Source of the DNA: Enterobacteria phage GiZh
Strand: one strand, 5' to 3'
Sequence record: NC_054903.1
Length of the DNA stretch: 64,000 nucleotides
The notes beneath the pieces were generated by a model. It worked only from the letters and a program-made list of their open reading frames with translations. It ran no database searches and was not told where the DNA came from. Position 1 is the first letter of the stretch, and every line of letters starts with the position of its first letter. A program made the translations under genes and the position numbers. This document shows positions 45,420-57,917 of the stretch, in pieces.

Positions 45420-45911
45420 ATGTTTGTAGATGATGTAACACGAGCGTTTGAATCTGGTGATTTTGCTCGACCTAACTTATTCCAAGTAGAAATTTCTTAT
45501 CTTGGACAAAATTTTACGTTTCAATGTAAAGCCACTGCTTTACCAGCTGGTATTGTAGAAAAAATTCCAGTCGGATTTATGAACCGTAAAATTAACGTAG
45601 CAGGCGATCGTACATTCGATGACTGGACTGTTACAGTAATGAACGATGAAGCTCATGATGCTCGCCAGAAGTTCGTTGATTGGCAAAGCATTGCTGCGGG
45701 GCAAGGAAACGAAATTACTGGTGGAAAACCTGCAGAGTATAAAAAGAGCGCTATCGTTCGTCAATATGCTCGTGACGCTAAAACAGTAACAAAAGAAATT
45801 GAAATTAAAGGTCTGTGGCCTACTAACGTGGGTGAACTTCAATTAGATTGGGATTCAAACAATGAAATCCAAACCTTTGAAGTAACTCTTGCTCTCGATT
45901 ATTGGGAATAA
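45420..45911 (+). CDS. 19: tail tube protein gp19
   Basis: 163 aa, late promoter upstream. Confidence 0.95.
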   Translation: MFVDDVTRAFESGDFARPNLFQVEISYLGQNFTFQCKATALPAGIVEKIPVGFMNRKINVAGDRTFDDWTVTVMNDEAHDARQKFVDWQSIAAGQGNEITGGKPAEYKKSAIVRQYARDAKTVTKEIEIKGLWPTNVGELQLDWDSNNEIQTFEVTLALDYWE

Positions 45912-45943
45912 AATGAATGGGGAGAAATCCCCATCCTGCTTAA

Positions 45944-47568
<1,625 letters not shown>

Positions 47569-47569
<1 letters not shown>

Positions 47570-47808
47570 TGGAAGGTTTAATTGAAGCTATTAAATCAAA
47601 CGACCTCGTAGCCGCTCGTAAATTATTTGTTGAAGCCATGGCTGCAAGAACGACTGATTTAATTAAAGAAGAAAAAATCGCTATCGCTCGTAATTTCTTA
47701 ATCGAAGGTGAAGAACCTGATGACGAGGATGATGACGAAGACGAAGATAGTGATGATAAAGACGACAAAAAAGACAAAGACTCTGACGAAGACGAGGATG
47801 ATGAATAA
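47569..47808 (+). CDS. 67: prohead core protein gp67
   Basis: 79 aa with acidic tail [15 protein letters not shown]. Confidence 0.85.
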
Positions 47809-48233
47809 TGCTTCTGATCCCTGAAACTCATGAATTAGTTCTCGAGAATGTCGAAGCACTTATTCCTGAAGCACAGGGTCGCTTTGACGAATTGTCTTCT
47901 GCTTTAAATAAAGACGATATAAATACAATTGTCGAGAATATGCTTGATGATGAAACTGATTTAGCGGTTGCATTAGCTTCTATTAATGAAAATATGCCGT
48001 TAAATGAATTTATCGTTAAACATGTTTCTGCCCGTGGTGAAATTACTCGCACTAAAGATCGCAAAACCCGCGAACGTAATGCATTTCAAACTACCGGGTT
48101 GTCTAAAGCAAAACGTAGACAAATTGCTCGTAAAGCTACCAAAACGAAGATTGCCAATCCAGCAGGTCAATCTCGTGCTCAGCGTAAGCGTAAAAAAGCT
48201 CTTAAACGCCGTAAAGCATTAGGATTAAGCTAA
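47808..48233 (+). CDS. 68: prohead core protein gp68
   Basis: 141 aa, position between 67 and 21. Confidence 0.85.
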
Positions 48234-48871
48234 TGAATGAACCCCAATTACTAATTGAAACTTGGGGTCAACCTGGCGAAATTATTGATGGCGTACCAAT
48301 GCTTGAATCTCATGATGGAAAAGACTTAGGTTTAAAACCTGGTTTATACATCGAAGGAATATTCATGCAAGCGGAAGTCGTCAATAGAAATAAACGTCTT
48401 TATCCAAAACGTATATTAGAAAAAGCGGTAAAAGACTATATTAATGAGCAAGTTTTAACTAAACAAGCTCTCGGAGAATTAAATCATCCTCCACGCGCTA
48501 ATGTTGACCCGATGCAAGCCGCTATCATTATAGAAGATATGTGGTGGAAAGGAAATGACGTATACGGACGAGCTCGTGTTATTGAAGGTGACCATGGTCC
48601 TGGAGATAAATTAGCAGCTAATATTCGTGCCGGATGGATTCCAGGAGTTTCTTCTCGTGGATTAGGTTCATTGACTGACACAAATAAAGGTTATCGTATC
48701 GTAAACGAAGGATTCAAATTAACTGTAGGTGTTGATGCAGTATGGGGTCCAAGTGCTCCAGATGCATGGGTAACTCCTAAGGAAATTACCGAATCACAGA
48801 CGGCGGAAGCCGATACAAGTGCCGATGACGCCTATATGGCTCTCGCAGAGGCCATGAAAAAAGCGTTATAA
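48233..48871 (+). CDS. 21: prohead core protease gp21
   Basis: 212 aa, matches T4 gp21. Confidence 0.9.
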   Translation: MNEPQLLIETWGQPGEIIDGVPMLESHDGKDLGLKPGLYIEGIFMQAEVVNRNKRLYPKRILEKAVKDYINEQVLTKQALGELNHPPRANVDPMQAAIIIEDMWWKGNDVYGRARVIEGDHGPGDKLAANIRAGWIPGVSSRGLGSLTDTNKGYRIVNEGFKLTVGVDAVWGPSAPDAWVTPKEITESQTAEADTSADDAYMALAEAMKKAL

Positions 48872-48873
48872 AT
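48866..48873 (+). promoter_or_regulatory. late promoter for gene 22
   Basis: TATAAATA 29 nt upstream of ATG at 48902. Confidence 0.65.
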
Positions 48874-48901
48874 ATTATTATCTAAACAACAGGACTACAA
48901 A

Positions 48902-49711
48902 ATGCTTAAAGAACAACTGATTGCCGAAGCGCAGAAAATTGATGCTTCCGTTGCTCTTGATAGTATTTTCGAATCAGTTAATATTTCTCCGGAAGCAAAA
49001 GAAACTTTCGGCACTGTATTCGAAGCTACCGTCAAGCAGCACGCCGTTAAATTAGCTGAATCTCATATCGCTAAAATTGCTGAAAAAGCAGAAGAAGAAG
49101 TAGAAAAAAATAAAGAAGAAGCAGAAGAAAAAGCTGAGAAGAAAATCGCTGAGCAAGCTTCTAAATTCCTTGACCATCTTGCAAAAGAATGGCTCACTGA
49201 AAATAAATTAGCAGTAGATAAAGGCATCAAAGCCGAACTGTTTGAATCCATGCTTGGTGGATTAAAAGAGCTCTTTGTTGAACACAACGTTGTTGTTCCA
49301 GAAGAATCAGTTGATGTTGTAGCTGAAATGGAAGAAGAGCTGCAAGAACATAAAGAAGAATCAGCTCGTCTGTTCGAAGAACTCAATAAGCGTGACGCAT
49401 ATATCAATTATGTGCAGCGTGAAGTGGCATTGAGCGAAAGTACTAAAGATCTGACTGAGTCTCAAAAAGAAAAAGTCTCTGCTCTGGTCGAAGGTATGGA
49501 TTATTCAGATGCATTCTCAAGTAAATTGAGTGCAATCGTAGAAATGGTGAAGAAATCTAATAAAGATGAAAGCACTATTACTGAGAGTATAAATACTCCT
49601 GATACTGAAGCAGCCGGACTGAATTTCGTCACTGAAGCTGTAGAAGATAAATCTGCATCTGGTGCAGAAGATATTGTAAGTGTATATGCGAAAGTCGCAT
49701 CTCGTTTCTAA
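48902..49711 (+). CDS. 22: prohead core scaffold protein gp22
   Basis: 269 aa, acidic helical; late promoter at 48866. Confidence 0.9.
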   Translation: MLKEQLIAEAQKIDASVALDSIFESVNISPEAKETFGTVFEATVKQHAVKLAESHIAKIAEKAEEEVEKNKEEAEEKAEKKIAEQASKFLDHLAKEWLTENKLAVDKGIKAELFESMLGGLKELFVEHNVVVPEESVDVVAEMEEELQEHKEESARLFEELNKRDAYINYVQREVALSESTKDLTESQKEKVSALVEGMDYSDAFSSKLSAIVEMVKKSNKDESTITESINTPDTEAAGLNFVTEAVEDKSASGAEDIVSVYAKVASRF

Positions 49712-49729
49712 TTTTAAAGGTTAACACAA

Positions 49730-51295
49730 ATGACTATCAAAACTAAAGCTGAACTTTTGAACAAATGGAAGCCATTACTGGAAGGTGAAGGTTTACCGGA
49801 AATTGCTAATAGCAAACAAGCGATTATCGCTAAAATCTTTGAAAACCAGGAAAAAGATTTCCAGACAGCTCCGGAATATAAAGACGAAAAAATTGCTCAG
49901 GCATTCGGTTCTTTCTTAACAGAAGCTGAAATCGGTGGTGACCACGGTTATAATGCTACTAACATTGCTGCAGGTCAGACTTCTGGCGCGGTAACTCAGA
50001 TTGGCCCAGCTGTTATGGGTATGGTACGTCGTGCTATTCCTAACCTGATTGCTTTCGATATTTGTGGTGTTCAGCCGATGAACAGCCCGACTGGCCAGGT
50101 ATTCGCACTGCGCGCAGTATACGGTAAAGACCCAATCGCTTCCGATGCTAAAGAAGCATTCCACCCAATGTATGGTCCAGATGCAATGTTCTCTGGTCAG
50201 GGTGCTGCTAAGAAATTCCCAGCTCTGGCTGCTAGCACACAAACCACAGTAGGTGATATCTATACTCACTTCTTCCAGGAAACTGGTACTGTATATCTGC
50301 AAGCTTCTGTTCAAGTAACAATCGATGCTGGCGCGACTGATGCTGCTAAATTAGATGCTGAAATTAAGAAACAAATGGAAGCTGGTGCACTGGTAGAAAT
50401 CGCTGAAGGTATGGCTACTTCTATCGCTGAACTCCAGGAAGGTTTCAATGGTTCTACCGATAACCCATGGAATGAAATGGGCTTCCGTATCGATAAACAA
50501 GTTATCGAAGCTAAATCTCGTCAGCTGAAAGCTGCTTACTCTATCGAATTAGCACAAGACCTCCGTGCTGTTCACGGTATGGATGCTGATGCTGAACTGT
50601 CTGGTATTCTGGCTACCGAAATTATGCTGGAAATCAACCGCGAAGTTGTTGATTGGATTAACTACTCAGCGCAGGTTGGTAAATCTGGTATGACCCTGAC
50701 TCCGGGTTCTAAAGCTGGTGTATTTGACTTCCAGGACCCAATCGATATTCGTGGTGCTCGCTGGGCGGGTGAATCCTTTAAAGCTCTGTTGTTCCAGATT
50801 GACAAAGAAGCAGTTGAAATTGCTCGTCAGACCGGTCGTGGTGAAGGTAACTTCATTATCGCTTCCCGTAACGTAGTTAACGTTCTGGCTTCAGTTGATA
50901 CTGGCATTTCTTATGCTGCGCAAGGTCTGGCTACCGGCTTTAACACTGATACTACCAAGTCAGTATTTGCTGGTGTTCTGGGTGGTAAATACCGTGTATA
51001 TATCGACCAGTATGCTAAACAGGATTATTTCACTGTAGGTTATAAAGGTCCGAACGAAATGGATGCTGGTATTTACTACGCTCCATATGTAGCTCTGACT
51101 CCGCTGCGTGGTTCCGATCCGAAGAACTTCCAACCAGTAATGGGATTCAAAACTCGTTACGGTATCGGTATCAACCCATTTGCAGAATCCGCTGCTCAGG
51201 CTCCGGCTTCTCGCATCCAGAGCGGTATGCCTTCTATTCTGAATAGCCTTGGTAAAAACGCTTACTTCCGCCGTGTATATGTTAAAGGTATCTAA
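49730..51295 (+). CDS. 23: major capsid protein gp23
   Basis: 521 aa; biased codon usage typical of a highly expressed gene. Confidence 0.95.
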   Translation: MTIKTKAELLNKWKPLLEGEGLPEIANSKQAIIAKIFENQEKDFQTAPEYKDEKIAQAFGSFLTEAEIGGDHGYNATNIAAGQTSGAVTQIGPAVMGMVRRAIPNLIAFDICGVQPMNSPTGQVFALRAVYGKDPIASDAKEAFHPMYGPDAMFSGQGAAKKFPALAASTQTTVGDIYTHFFQETGTVYLQASVQVTIDAGATDAAKLDAEIKKQMEAGALVEIAEGMATSIAELQEGFNGSTDNPWNEMGFRIDKQVIEAKSRQLKAAYSIELAQDLRAVHGMDADAELSGILATEIMLEINREVVDWINYSAQVGKSGMTLTPGSKAGVFDFQDPIDIRGARWAGESFKALLFQIDKEAVEIARQTGRGEGNFIIASRNVVNVLASVDTGISYAAQGLATGFNTDTTKSVFAGVLGGKYRVYIDQYAKQDYFTVGYKGPNEMDAGIYYAPYVALTPLRGSDPKNFQPVMGFKTRYGIGINPFAESAAQAPASRIQSGMPSILNSLGKNAYFRRVYVKGI

Positions 51296-51310
51296 TCTTT
51301 GACGATTTAA

Positions 51311-51339
51311 GGGACCTTCGGGTCCCTTTAGTTGTTTTT
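51311..51339 (+). terminator. intrinsic terminator after gene 23
   Basis: Hairpin GGGACC-TTCG-GGTCCC followed by TTTAGTTGTTTTT. Confidence 0.7.
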
Positions 51340-51343
51340 ATGG

Positions 51344-51351
51344 TATAAATA
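51344..51351 (+). promoter_or_regulatory. late promoter for gene 24
   Basis: TATAAATA 28 nt upstream of ATG at 51379, just after the gene 23 terminator. Confidence 0.65.
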
Positions 51352-51378
51352 AATCATATAAACCAAAAGGAAAGCGCA

Positions 51379-52662
51379 ATGGCTAAAATCAACGAACTTC
51401 TGCGCGAATCAACCACAACGAATAGCAACTCAATCGGTCGCCCAAATCTCGTTGCTTTGACTCGCGCTACCACTAAATTAATATATTCTGACATTGTAGC
51501 AACGCAAAGAACTAATCAACCTGTTGCTGCTTTTTACGGTATCAAATACCTTAACCCAGATAACGAATTTACATTTAAAACTGGTGCTACTTACGCTGGC
51601 GAAGCTGGATACGTAGACCGAGAACAAATCACAGAATTAACAGAAGAGTCTAAATTAACTCTCAATAAAGGCGATTTATTCAAATATAATAATATCGTTT
51701 ATAAAGTATTAGAAGATACACCATTTGCTGATATTGAAGAAAGCGACTTAGAGTTAGCTCTTCAGATTGCAATCGTTCTTTTAAAGGTTCGTCTATTTTC
51801 TGATGCAGCATCAACAAGCAAATTTGAAAGCTCTGATAGCGAAATTGCAGATGCTAGATTCCAGATTAATAAATGGCAAACCGCCGTTAAATCTCGTAAA
51901 CTTAAAACTGGTATCACAGTTGAATTAGCACAAGATTTAGAAGCAAATGGATTCGATGCTCCTAATTTCTTGGAAGATTTGCTTGCAACTGAAATGGCAG
52001 ATGAAATCAATAAAGATATTCTGCAGTCTTTGATTACAGTATCAAAACGTTATAAAGTTACAGGAATTACTGATACTGGATTCATTGATTTGAGTTATGC
52101 ATCTGCACCTGAAGCTGGTCGTTCATTATACCGAATGGTATGTGAAATGGTTTCACATATCCAAAAAGAATCAACTTATACAGCAACGTTTTGTGTTGCT
52201 TCAGCTCGTGCCGCTGCGATTCTTGCTGCATCAGGTTGGTTAAAACATAAACCAGAAGATGATAAATATCTTTCACAAAATGCCTATGGGTTCTTAGCTA
52301 ATGGTTTACCGCTTTATTGCGATACTAACAGCCCATTAGATTATGTAATCGTTGGCGTAGTAGAAAATATCGGTGAAAAAGAAATTGTTGGATCAATTTT
52401 CTATGCTCCGTATACAGAAGGTCTCGACTTAGATGACCCTGAACATGTTGGTGCATTTAAAGTTGTGGTTGATCCAGAAAGCTTACAACCGTCTATCGGT
52501 TTATTAGTTAGATATGCTTTATCAGCAAATCCTTATACCGTAGCAAAAGATGAAAAAGAAGCAAGAATAATTGACGGTGGAGACATGGATAAAATGGCGG
52601 GTCGTTCAGATTTGTCTGTTTTATTAGGTGTTAAATTACCAAAAATTATTATTGATGAATAA
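51379..52662 (+). CDS. 24: capsid vertex protein gp24
   Basis: 427 aa, paralogous in fold to gp23; late promoter at 51344. Confidence 0.95.
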   Translation: MAKINELLRESTTTNSNSIGRPNLVALTRATTKLIYSDIVATQRTNQPVAAFYGIKYLNPDNEFTFKTGATYAGEAGYVDREQITELTEESKLTLNKGDLFKYNNIVYKVLEDTPFADIEESDLELALQIAIVLLKVRLFSDAASTSKFESSDSEIADARFQINKWQTAVKSRKLKTGITVELAQDLEANGFDAPNFLEDLLATEMADEINKDILQSLITVSKRYKVTGITDTGFIDLSYASAPEAGRSLYRMVCEMVSHIQKESTYTATFCVASARAAAILAASGWLKHKPEDDKYLSQNAYGFLANGLPLYCDTNSPLDYVIVGVVENIGEKEIVGSIFYAPYTEGLDLDDPEHVGAFKVVVDPESLQPSIGLLVRYALSANPYTVAKDEKEARIIDGGDMDKMAGRSDLSVLLGVKLPKIIIDE

Positions 52663-52690
52663 AACAAAGGGACCGAAAGGTCCCTTTTTA
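52661..52690. terminator. bidirectional terminator between gene 24 and rnlB
   Basis: Hairpin GGGACC-GAAA-GGTCCC flanked by A-run on one side and T-run on the other. Confidence 0.7.
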
Positions 52691-52691
52691 T

Positions 52692-53699
52692 TTAGCTCAC
52701 CAACTCAATCCAAGCTGGACGAAGTACATCTTGTACCATTTTAACTAATTCCTTTTTAATCAAAGAAGGATTATCTGCTTGAGTTAGAGTAATACCTTCA
52801 CGAGAAGTTTCTTCCAAAATATCTTGAACAGTTAGCCCCATCACCTTTCCAAAATCCTTTGGACCAATTTCGCCAATTTTAGAAATAACGTTATTTACGC
52901 GGTTTAGTGTAACGTAACAAGCTAAAATTCCAACCAATTTGTTATCAGCTTCTGATAGCTCAACTTTAGCTTTAATAGGCTTATCAGACTTTTTCTTTTC
53001 ACTAAATTTAGAGTTCTTGCATTTAATCGCTACACGAGCACCGTTTGGCAGCCATTTAGGGAAACAAGGCTTCAGAACATAACCTTCTGCAGTATTATCA
53101 CCAATAACATTAGCATCAAATACACAATTATTTGCTTCGACAAGGTCTTCCGATGCCGTAACGTTATAAGCGGCTAAGACGGAATCAAGGTCGTTTGGAA
53201 TCATGATAAGAGCATCAAATGTTCCACGTCCAAGCATTGGTGCCATTTTAAAACCAAACGTATTACAGAAATCTTGCATTTCGTAATCACTCATGTAATA
53301 AGTATCACCGCTTTCCGTGTTTATGATGATATCGAATACATAGAAATCTTTTTCACCGTAGTCAACACCTTTCTGAATTCCACCACCAGCGAATTCACCA
53401 AAGACTTGATATGTCACCGGCACTGAAGTTGAAATACTGTCCATGACTTCTTGAACGCCTTTAATAGCTTTATCATACTTTTTGAGTACTATTTCATAGC
53501 CATAAAAATCTTCTGCTGGAAGAATAGGGCCAGTACGTTTAGCGCAAGTTACTTTATCACGCTCAATAATCAATGAGAAATTTGTACCATGAATCTTTTC
53601 ACGAGCTACCCACTCCCCACCAGTCAATCCCAAGCTATAAAGTTTTTCAATAAATTTAGAGTTATAATGATTTTCAAGACTGCTATACTTTTTAAACAT
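52692..53699 (-). CDS. rnlB: RNA ligase 2
   Basis: 335 aa; ligase motif I EKIHGTN; matches T4 Rnl2 as recalled. Confidence 0.9.
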   Translation of the reverse strand: MFKKYSSLENHYNSKFIEKLYSLGLTGGEWVAREKIHGTNFSLIIERDKVTCAKRTGPILPAEDFYGYEIVLKKYDKAIKGVQEVMDSISTSVPVTYQVFGEFAGGGIQKGVDYGEKDFYVFDIIINTESGDTYYMSDYEMQDFCNTFGFKMAPMLGRGTFDALIMIPNDLDSVLAAYNVTASEDLVEANNCVFDANVIGDNTAEGYVLKPCFPKWLPNGARVAIKCKNSKFSEKKKSDKPIKAKVELSEADNKLVGILACYVTLNRVNNVISKIGEIGPKDFGKVMGLTVQDILEETSREGITLTQADNPSLIKKELVKMVQDVLRPAWIELVS

Positions 53700-53708
53700 A
53701 ATTAATCC

Positions 53709-53987
53709 TCAAAATGTAATTTCTAACCAATCACCATCACGCTGATCACTATTAACTTTAAAGCTGAATCCTTCTTTTCTCAGCCAATCACCAATTTCTT
53801 CAGTAATCAATTTATCGCGAGCAGTACAATAATAACTAAAATATGTTTTACCTTGTTCAGCTGCTTTATTAGCAAGTTCTGAAAAATCTTTAATAAAACA
53901 CTCTAACTTAAACTGTTTACTTTTTAATGCTTTTTCGCGTAATTGATTAGCAAAAGATTCATTTTCATAAAGATCATACTGTTCCAT
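53709..53987 (-). CDS. hypothetical protein (T4 24.2 position)
   Basis: 92 aa ORF. Confidence 0.55.
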   Translation of the reverse strand: MEQYDLYENESFANQLREKALKSKQFKLECFIKDFSELANKAAEQGKTYFSYYCTARDKLITEEIGDWLRKEGFSFKVNSDQRDGDWLEITF

Positions 53988-54189
53988 TTTTCACCTTTTT
54001 ATTGATATGTCTTTTTCTATAGACAACTTTTTCTCGAGTTTCAAATTTATTCTTAGCAGTCATAGCTCGAGCCCATAATACAGCCACTTCTTTCGCCTGT
54101 AAGTTTAATTCACGAGCAATTTCAATGAATGACTTTCCAGACTCATGAAGAGTAAACACCACAACCTCAGTTCTCATAATCAATCTCAT
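53974..54189 (-). CDS. small putative HTH DNA-binding protein (T4 24.3 position)
   Basis: 71 aa; HTH-like SGKSFIEIARELNLQAKEV. Confidence 0.5.
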   Translation of the reverse strand: MRLIMRTEVVVFTLHESGKSFIEIARELNLQAKEVAVLWARAMTAKNKFETREKVVYRKRHINKKVKNGTV

Positions 54190-54246
54190 GTTATCGAGTT
54201 GGTGCCATTATATACATCATTTTCTGATTGTGTTTTGTGTGCTTTC

Positions 54247-54272
54247 AAAATGAAGAAAGGGGCCGAAGCCCC
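54247..54272 (-). terminator. intrinsic terminator after hoc
   Basis: Hairpin GGGGC-TTCG-GCCCC then U-rich tract on minus strand. Confidence 0.6.
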
Positions 54273-54278
54273 TTATGA

Positions 54279-55409
54279 TTATGGATAGGTATAGATGATA
54301 CCAGTTTCTAAAGCAGTTTTATGAATGATGTATCCATTACGTGATTCTTGAACATCAACTTCTGGATAGTCTTTCATCATCTTCTGAAGAGTGTAACGAT
54401 GCAGGTAGTATTTACTATCTGGGTCTTCAGTTTTCCAATCTTTACCTTCTTCAGTCATTTTTTGAATTTCATCCATAACCCACCAACCGCACCAGATGTA
54501 AGCTGAGCTACGGTGTGGAAGAGGATGAACATAAGGTAATTCACCTTCTGGTTCTGGAGCAACTTTATCAGTTACCTGAACTTGACCTTCTGCCGTAATA
54601 GTTTTGCTATCATAATCAGCAGCAGTAACAGTTGCAGTAACTTCAATAGTTTGACTTCCAATAGATGAGGTATCAACGGTATATACATTAGTTGACCCTT
54701 CTACAGGAGAAGAATCTTTCTTCCATGAATACGCAATTTGCGCTTCTTCTGGAGCATCAGTGACATTAGCAGTAAATGTAGCCGAAGCATCTTGTTGAAC
54801 GTTAATAGAAGGAGGAGTCAATGTAACCTGTGGATTCATTGTCTTCTTATTAACTGTCAATGATACTTCATTAGAAGTAACTTCCTTTGTATCATAATCT
54901 GTCGCGGTTACTTGAGCTACACACTTAATTGTTTTAACTCCGCTTGTGTCAGGAGTGTAATTGAATGTAGCGTCAGTTGCTTCGCTTACAGGAGAACCGT
55001 CAACGTGCCATTGATACGTAGCAGATGCACCTGGCGGCTGTGAATCTAAGGCAGCGGTAAATTGAACGGCTGTTCCGATTACTCCCTCCGGAGGACTAGC
55101 AGGAGTTACGGCTAATGTAGTTGTCTGTGTTTTATTTTGAACCGTGATAGTTGTAGTAGTTTCTGCTGTTTCAGGTTCAGATTCTGCAACTTGATTGGTT
55201 GCAACGACTTTAATAGTCTTTTGACCGGCAGGTCCTTTTAGTACATAACTAAAAGTTGCTGACGTTTCTTCCTGCGGAGCGTCGTCTACAGTCCAAGCAT
55301 ATGTAATAGGTCCATCTCCAGTTTGACCACTGGGTGTAGCAGTAAACTGCTGAGTCTGATCTATAACTCCAGTAGGTGTTTTAGGAGTTATATCAACTGT
55401 AAAAGCCAT
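54279..55409 (-). CDS. hoc: highly immunogenic outer capsid protein Hoc
   Basis: 376 aa, Thr/Val-rich Ig-like repeats, conserved C-terminal capsid-binding region. Confidence 0.9.
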   Translation of the reverse strand: MAFTVDITPKTPTGVIDQTQQFTATPSGQTGDGPITYAWTVDDAPQEETSATFSYVLKGPAGQKTIKVVATNQVAESEPETAETTTTITVQNKTQTTTLAVTPASPPEGVIGTAVQFTAALDSQPPGASATYQWHVDGSPVSEATDATFNYTPDTSGVKTIKCVAQVTATDYDTKEVTSNEVSLTVNKKTMNPQVTLTPPSINVQQDASATFTANVTDAPEEAQIAYSWKKDSSPVEGSTNVYTVDTSSIGSQTIEVTATVTAADYDSKTITAEGQVQVTDKVAPEPEGELPYVHPLPHRSSAYIWCGWWVMDEIQKMTEEGKDWKTEDPDSKYYLHRYTLQKMMKDYPEVDVQESRNGYIIHKTALETGIIYTYP

Positions 55410-55418
55410 AAGTTATCC

Positions 55419-56099
55419 TTATTTTAATGTTACGAAAGAAGAATTACGTGTTTCACGAATTAAAACTGATCCGTCACGATTAATGTAGTAAATTAAGCTA
55501 AATAAAGTTTGGTGCGCCGACGCGTGTTCAAAACTAGTTGGGTGAGATTTCCAATCCGGAGTTTCAGCAATCCACTGGTAAATCCACCAAGGAACAGTGC
55601 AGAATCCTGGATTTTTTCCAATCAGCTGAAGATTCGGACTAAAGTTTTCCGGAAGAGTAAATACAGACGGCTTTTCAGATTCAATAATCTCAGCTACAGC
55701 CTGCTCGAATTTTTCTTCAACAAAAGGAGTATCTTCAATCAAAACATCGGTATTTTCAGGAATTTTATCCGTTTCTACTACTTCAATTTTAATGTCAGAT
55801 TTAACCGGAGAATCAATCAGAAGTGCTGCTTCTGGATTGACTTCTTCATCGTCATATTTTAATCCGTCTGCAGCATCAGCAGCATCAATTAAGTCTTTAA
55901 TAGATAACCCATCAGTCTCTGGCATAGGTTCACTAGCGAGCTTCTGGAGGGCTTCTTCAATATCATTAACGATATTATCAAAAGATTTATTCTTTTTGAC
56001 CTTTATACCAAACTGTTCAGCATATTCAGCTAATTTAGCTTTAGCTTCTTTATTATCATCAAGAGCCTTCAGCTCTGCAATATAATCTTTATCTATCAT
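55419..56099 (-). CDS. inh: inhibitor of prohead protease
   Basis: 226 aa, position between hoc and uvsW. Confidence 0.8.
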   Translation of the reverse strand: MIDKDYIAELKALDDNKEAKAKLAEYAEQFGIKVKKNKSFDNIVNDIEEALQKLASEPMPETDGLSIKDLIDAADAADGLKYDDEEVNPEAALLIDSPVKSDIKIEVVETDKIPENTDVLIEDTPFVEEKFEQAVAEIIESEKPSVFTLPENFSPNLQLIGKNPGFCTVPWWIYQWIAETPDWKSHPTSFEHASAHQTLFSLIYYINRDGSVLIRETRNSSFVTLK

Positions 56100-56112
56100 A
56101 ATATTTCCTCAG

Positions 56113-56120
56113 TATAAATA
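56113..56120 (+). promoter_or_regulatory. late promoter for uvsW
   Basis: TATAAATA 30 nt upstream of ATG at 56150. Confidence 0.6.
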
Positions 56121-56149
56121 TAGATATATTTATTACATGGTATTTAGAC

Positions 56150-57661
56150 ATGACTGACATTAAAGTACATTTTTATGATTTTAGTCACGTGAGAATTGAT
56201 TGTGAAGAAAGTACATTTCATGAACTCCGTGATTTCTTTAGCTTTGAAGCTGATGGGTATCGTTTTAATCCGAAGTACAAATATGGTCATTGGGATGGAC
56301 GAATCCGTCTTTTAGATTATAATCGTCTTCTTCCATTCGGCTTAGTCGGGCAAATTAAAAAGTTCTGCGATAACTTTGGCTATAAAGCCTGGATTGACCC
56401 ACAGATTAACGAAAAAGAAGAATTATCAAGAAAAGATTTTGATGAATGGCTTTCTAAATTAGAAATCTATTCAGGAAATAAAAGAATTGAACCGCATTGG
56501 TATCAAAAAGATGCAGTGTTCGAAGGATTAGTTAATCGTCGTAGAATTCTTAATCTTCCAACATCCGCAGGTAAATCTTTAATTCAAGCTTTGCTCGCTC
56601 GGTATTATTTGGAAAATTATGAAGGTAAAATTCTTATCATTGTTCCAACAACTGCTCTGACAACTCAGATGGCTGATGACTTTGTTGACTATCGTTTATT
56701 CAGTCATGCAATGATAAAGAAAATTGGTGGTGGAGCATCAAAAGATGATAAATATAAAAATGATGCGCCAGTTGTTGTTGGTACATGGCAAACTGTAGTA
56801 AAACAGCCAAAAGAATGGTTCTCACAGTTTGGAATGATGATGAATGATGAATGCCATCTTGCCACAGGAAAAAGTATTTCATCTATCATATCAGGTTTAA
56901 ATAACTGCATGTTCAAATTCGGTTTGTCCGGTTCATTACGTGATGGCAAAGCCAATATCATGCAGTATGTTGGAATGTTTGGTGAAATATTTAAGCCAGT
57001 AACGACTTCTAAGTTAATGGAAGATGGACAAGTAACTGAGCTAAAAATTAATAGTATTTTTCTTCGCTATCCCGATGAGTTCACTACTAAATTAAAGGGA
57101 AAAACTTATCAAGAAGAAATAAAAATTATTACTGGGCTTAGTAAAAGAAATAAATGGATCGCTAAATTAGCTATTAAGCTTGCGCAAAAAGATGAAAACG
57201 CTTTTGTCATGTTTAAACATGTATCACATGGTAAAGCTATTTTCGATTTAATTAAAAATGAATACGATAAAGTTTATTACGTATCAGGGGAAGTTGATAC
57301 CGAAACCCGCAATATAATGAAAACCTTAGCTGAAAATGGTAAAGGAATAATTATAGTAGCTAGTTATGGTGTATTTTCTACTGGTATTTCAGTTAAAAAT
57401 CTGCATCACGTTGTTTTAGCGCACGGCGTTAAATCAAAAATTATTGTATTACAAACAATCGGTCGTGTATTACGTAAGCATGGTTCTAAAACAATCGCAA
57501 CTGTCTGGGACCTCATAGATGATTGTGGCGTTAAGCCAAAATCTGCTAATACGAAAAAGAAATATGTTCATTTGAACTATCTTTTAAAACACGGCATTGA
57601 TCGTATTCAGCGCTACGCAGATGAAAAATTCAATTACGTAATGAAAACAGTTAATTTATAA
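56150..57661 (+). CDS. uvsW: DNA helicase UvsW
   Basis: 503 aa; Walker A TSAGKS, DExH MNDECH, helicase motif VI QTIGRVLR. Confidence 0.9.
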   Translation: MTDIKVHFYDFSHVRIDCEESTFHELRDFFSFEADGYRFNPKYKYGHWDGRIRLLDYNRLLPFGLVGQIKKFCDNFGYKAWIDPQINEKEELSRKDFDEWLSKLEIYSGNKRIEPHWYQKDAVFEGLVNRRRILNLPTSAGKSLIQALLARYYLENYEGKILIIVPTTALTTQMADDFVDYRLFSHAMIKKIGGGASKDDKYKNDAPVVVGTWQTVVKQPKEWFSQFGMMMNDECHLATGKSISSIISGLNNCMFKFGLSGSLRDGKANIMQYVGMFGEIFKPVTTSKLMEDGQVTELKINSIFLRYPDEFTTKLKGKTYQEEIKIITGLSKRNKWIAKLAIKLAQKDENAFVMFKHVSHGKAIFDLIKNEYDKVYYVSGEVDTETRNIMKTLAENGKGIIIVASYGVFSTGISVKNLHHVVLAHGVKSKIIVLQTIGRVLRKHGSKTIATVWDLIDDCGVKPKSANTKKKYVHLNYLLKHGIDRIQRYADEKFNYVMKTVNL

Positions 57662-57674
57662 GGGCTTCGGCCCT

Positions 57675-57917
57675 TTGGAGAAAAAGATGTTACTAGAATT
57701 TAAACAATTTCTTTATGAAGCTTCTATTGATGAATTTATGGGTAAAATTGCCTCTTGTCAAACATTAGAAGGTTTAGAAGAACTTGAAGCTTATTATAAG
57801 AAAAGAGTCAAAGAAACTGAATTAAAAGATACTGATGACATCTCTGTGAGAGATGCTTTGGCAGGAAAAAGAGCTGAATTAGAAGATTCAGACGATGAAG
57901 TAGAAGAAAGCTTTTAA
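57675..57917 (+). CDS. uvsW.1: UvsW.1 small protein
   Basis: 80 aa ORF immediately after uvsW. Confidence 0.75.
   Translation: MEKKMLLEFKQFLYEASIDEFMGKIASCQTLEGLEELEAYYKKRVKETELKDTDDISVRDALAGKRAELEDSDDEVEESF

Noticed and set aside
49063-49407. Minus-strand 114-aa Ser/Ala-rich ORF inside gene 22
   Set aside because: Antisense artefact of the Glu/Ala-rich scaffold gene; low complexity.
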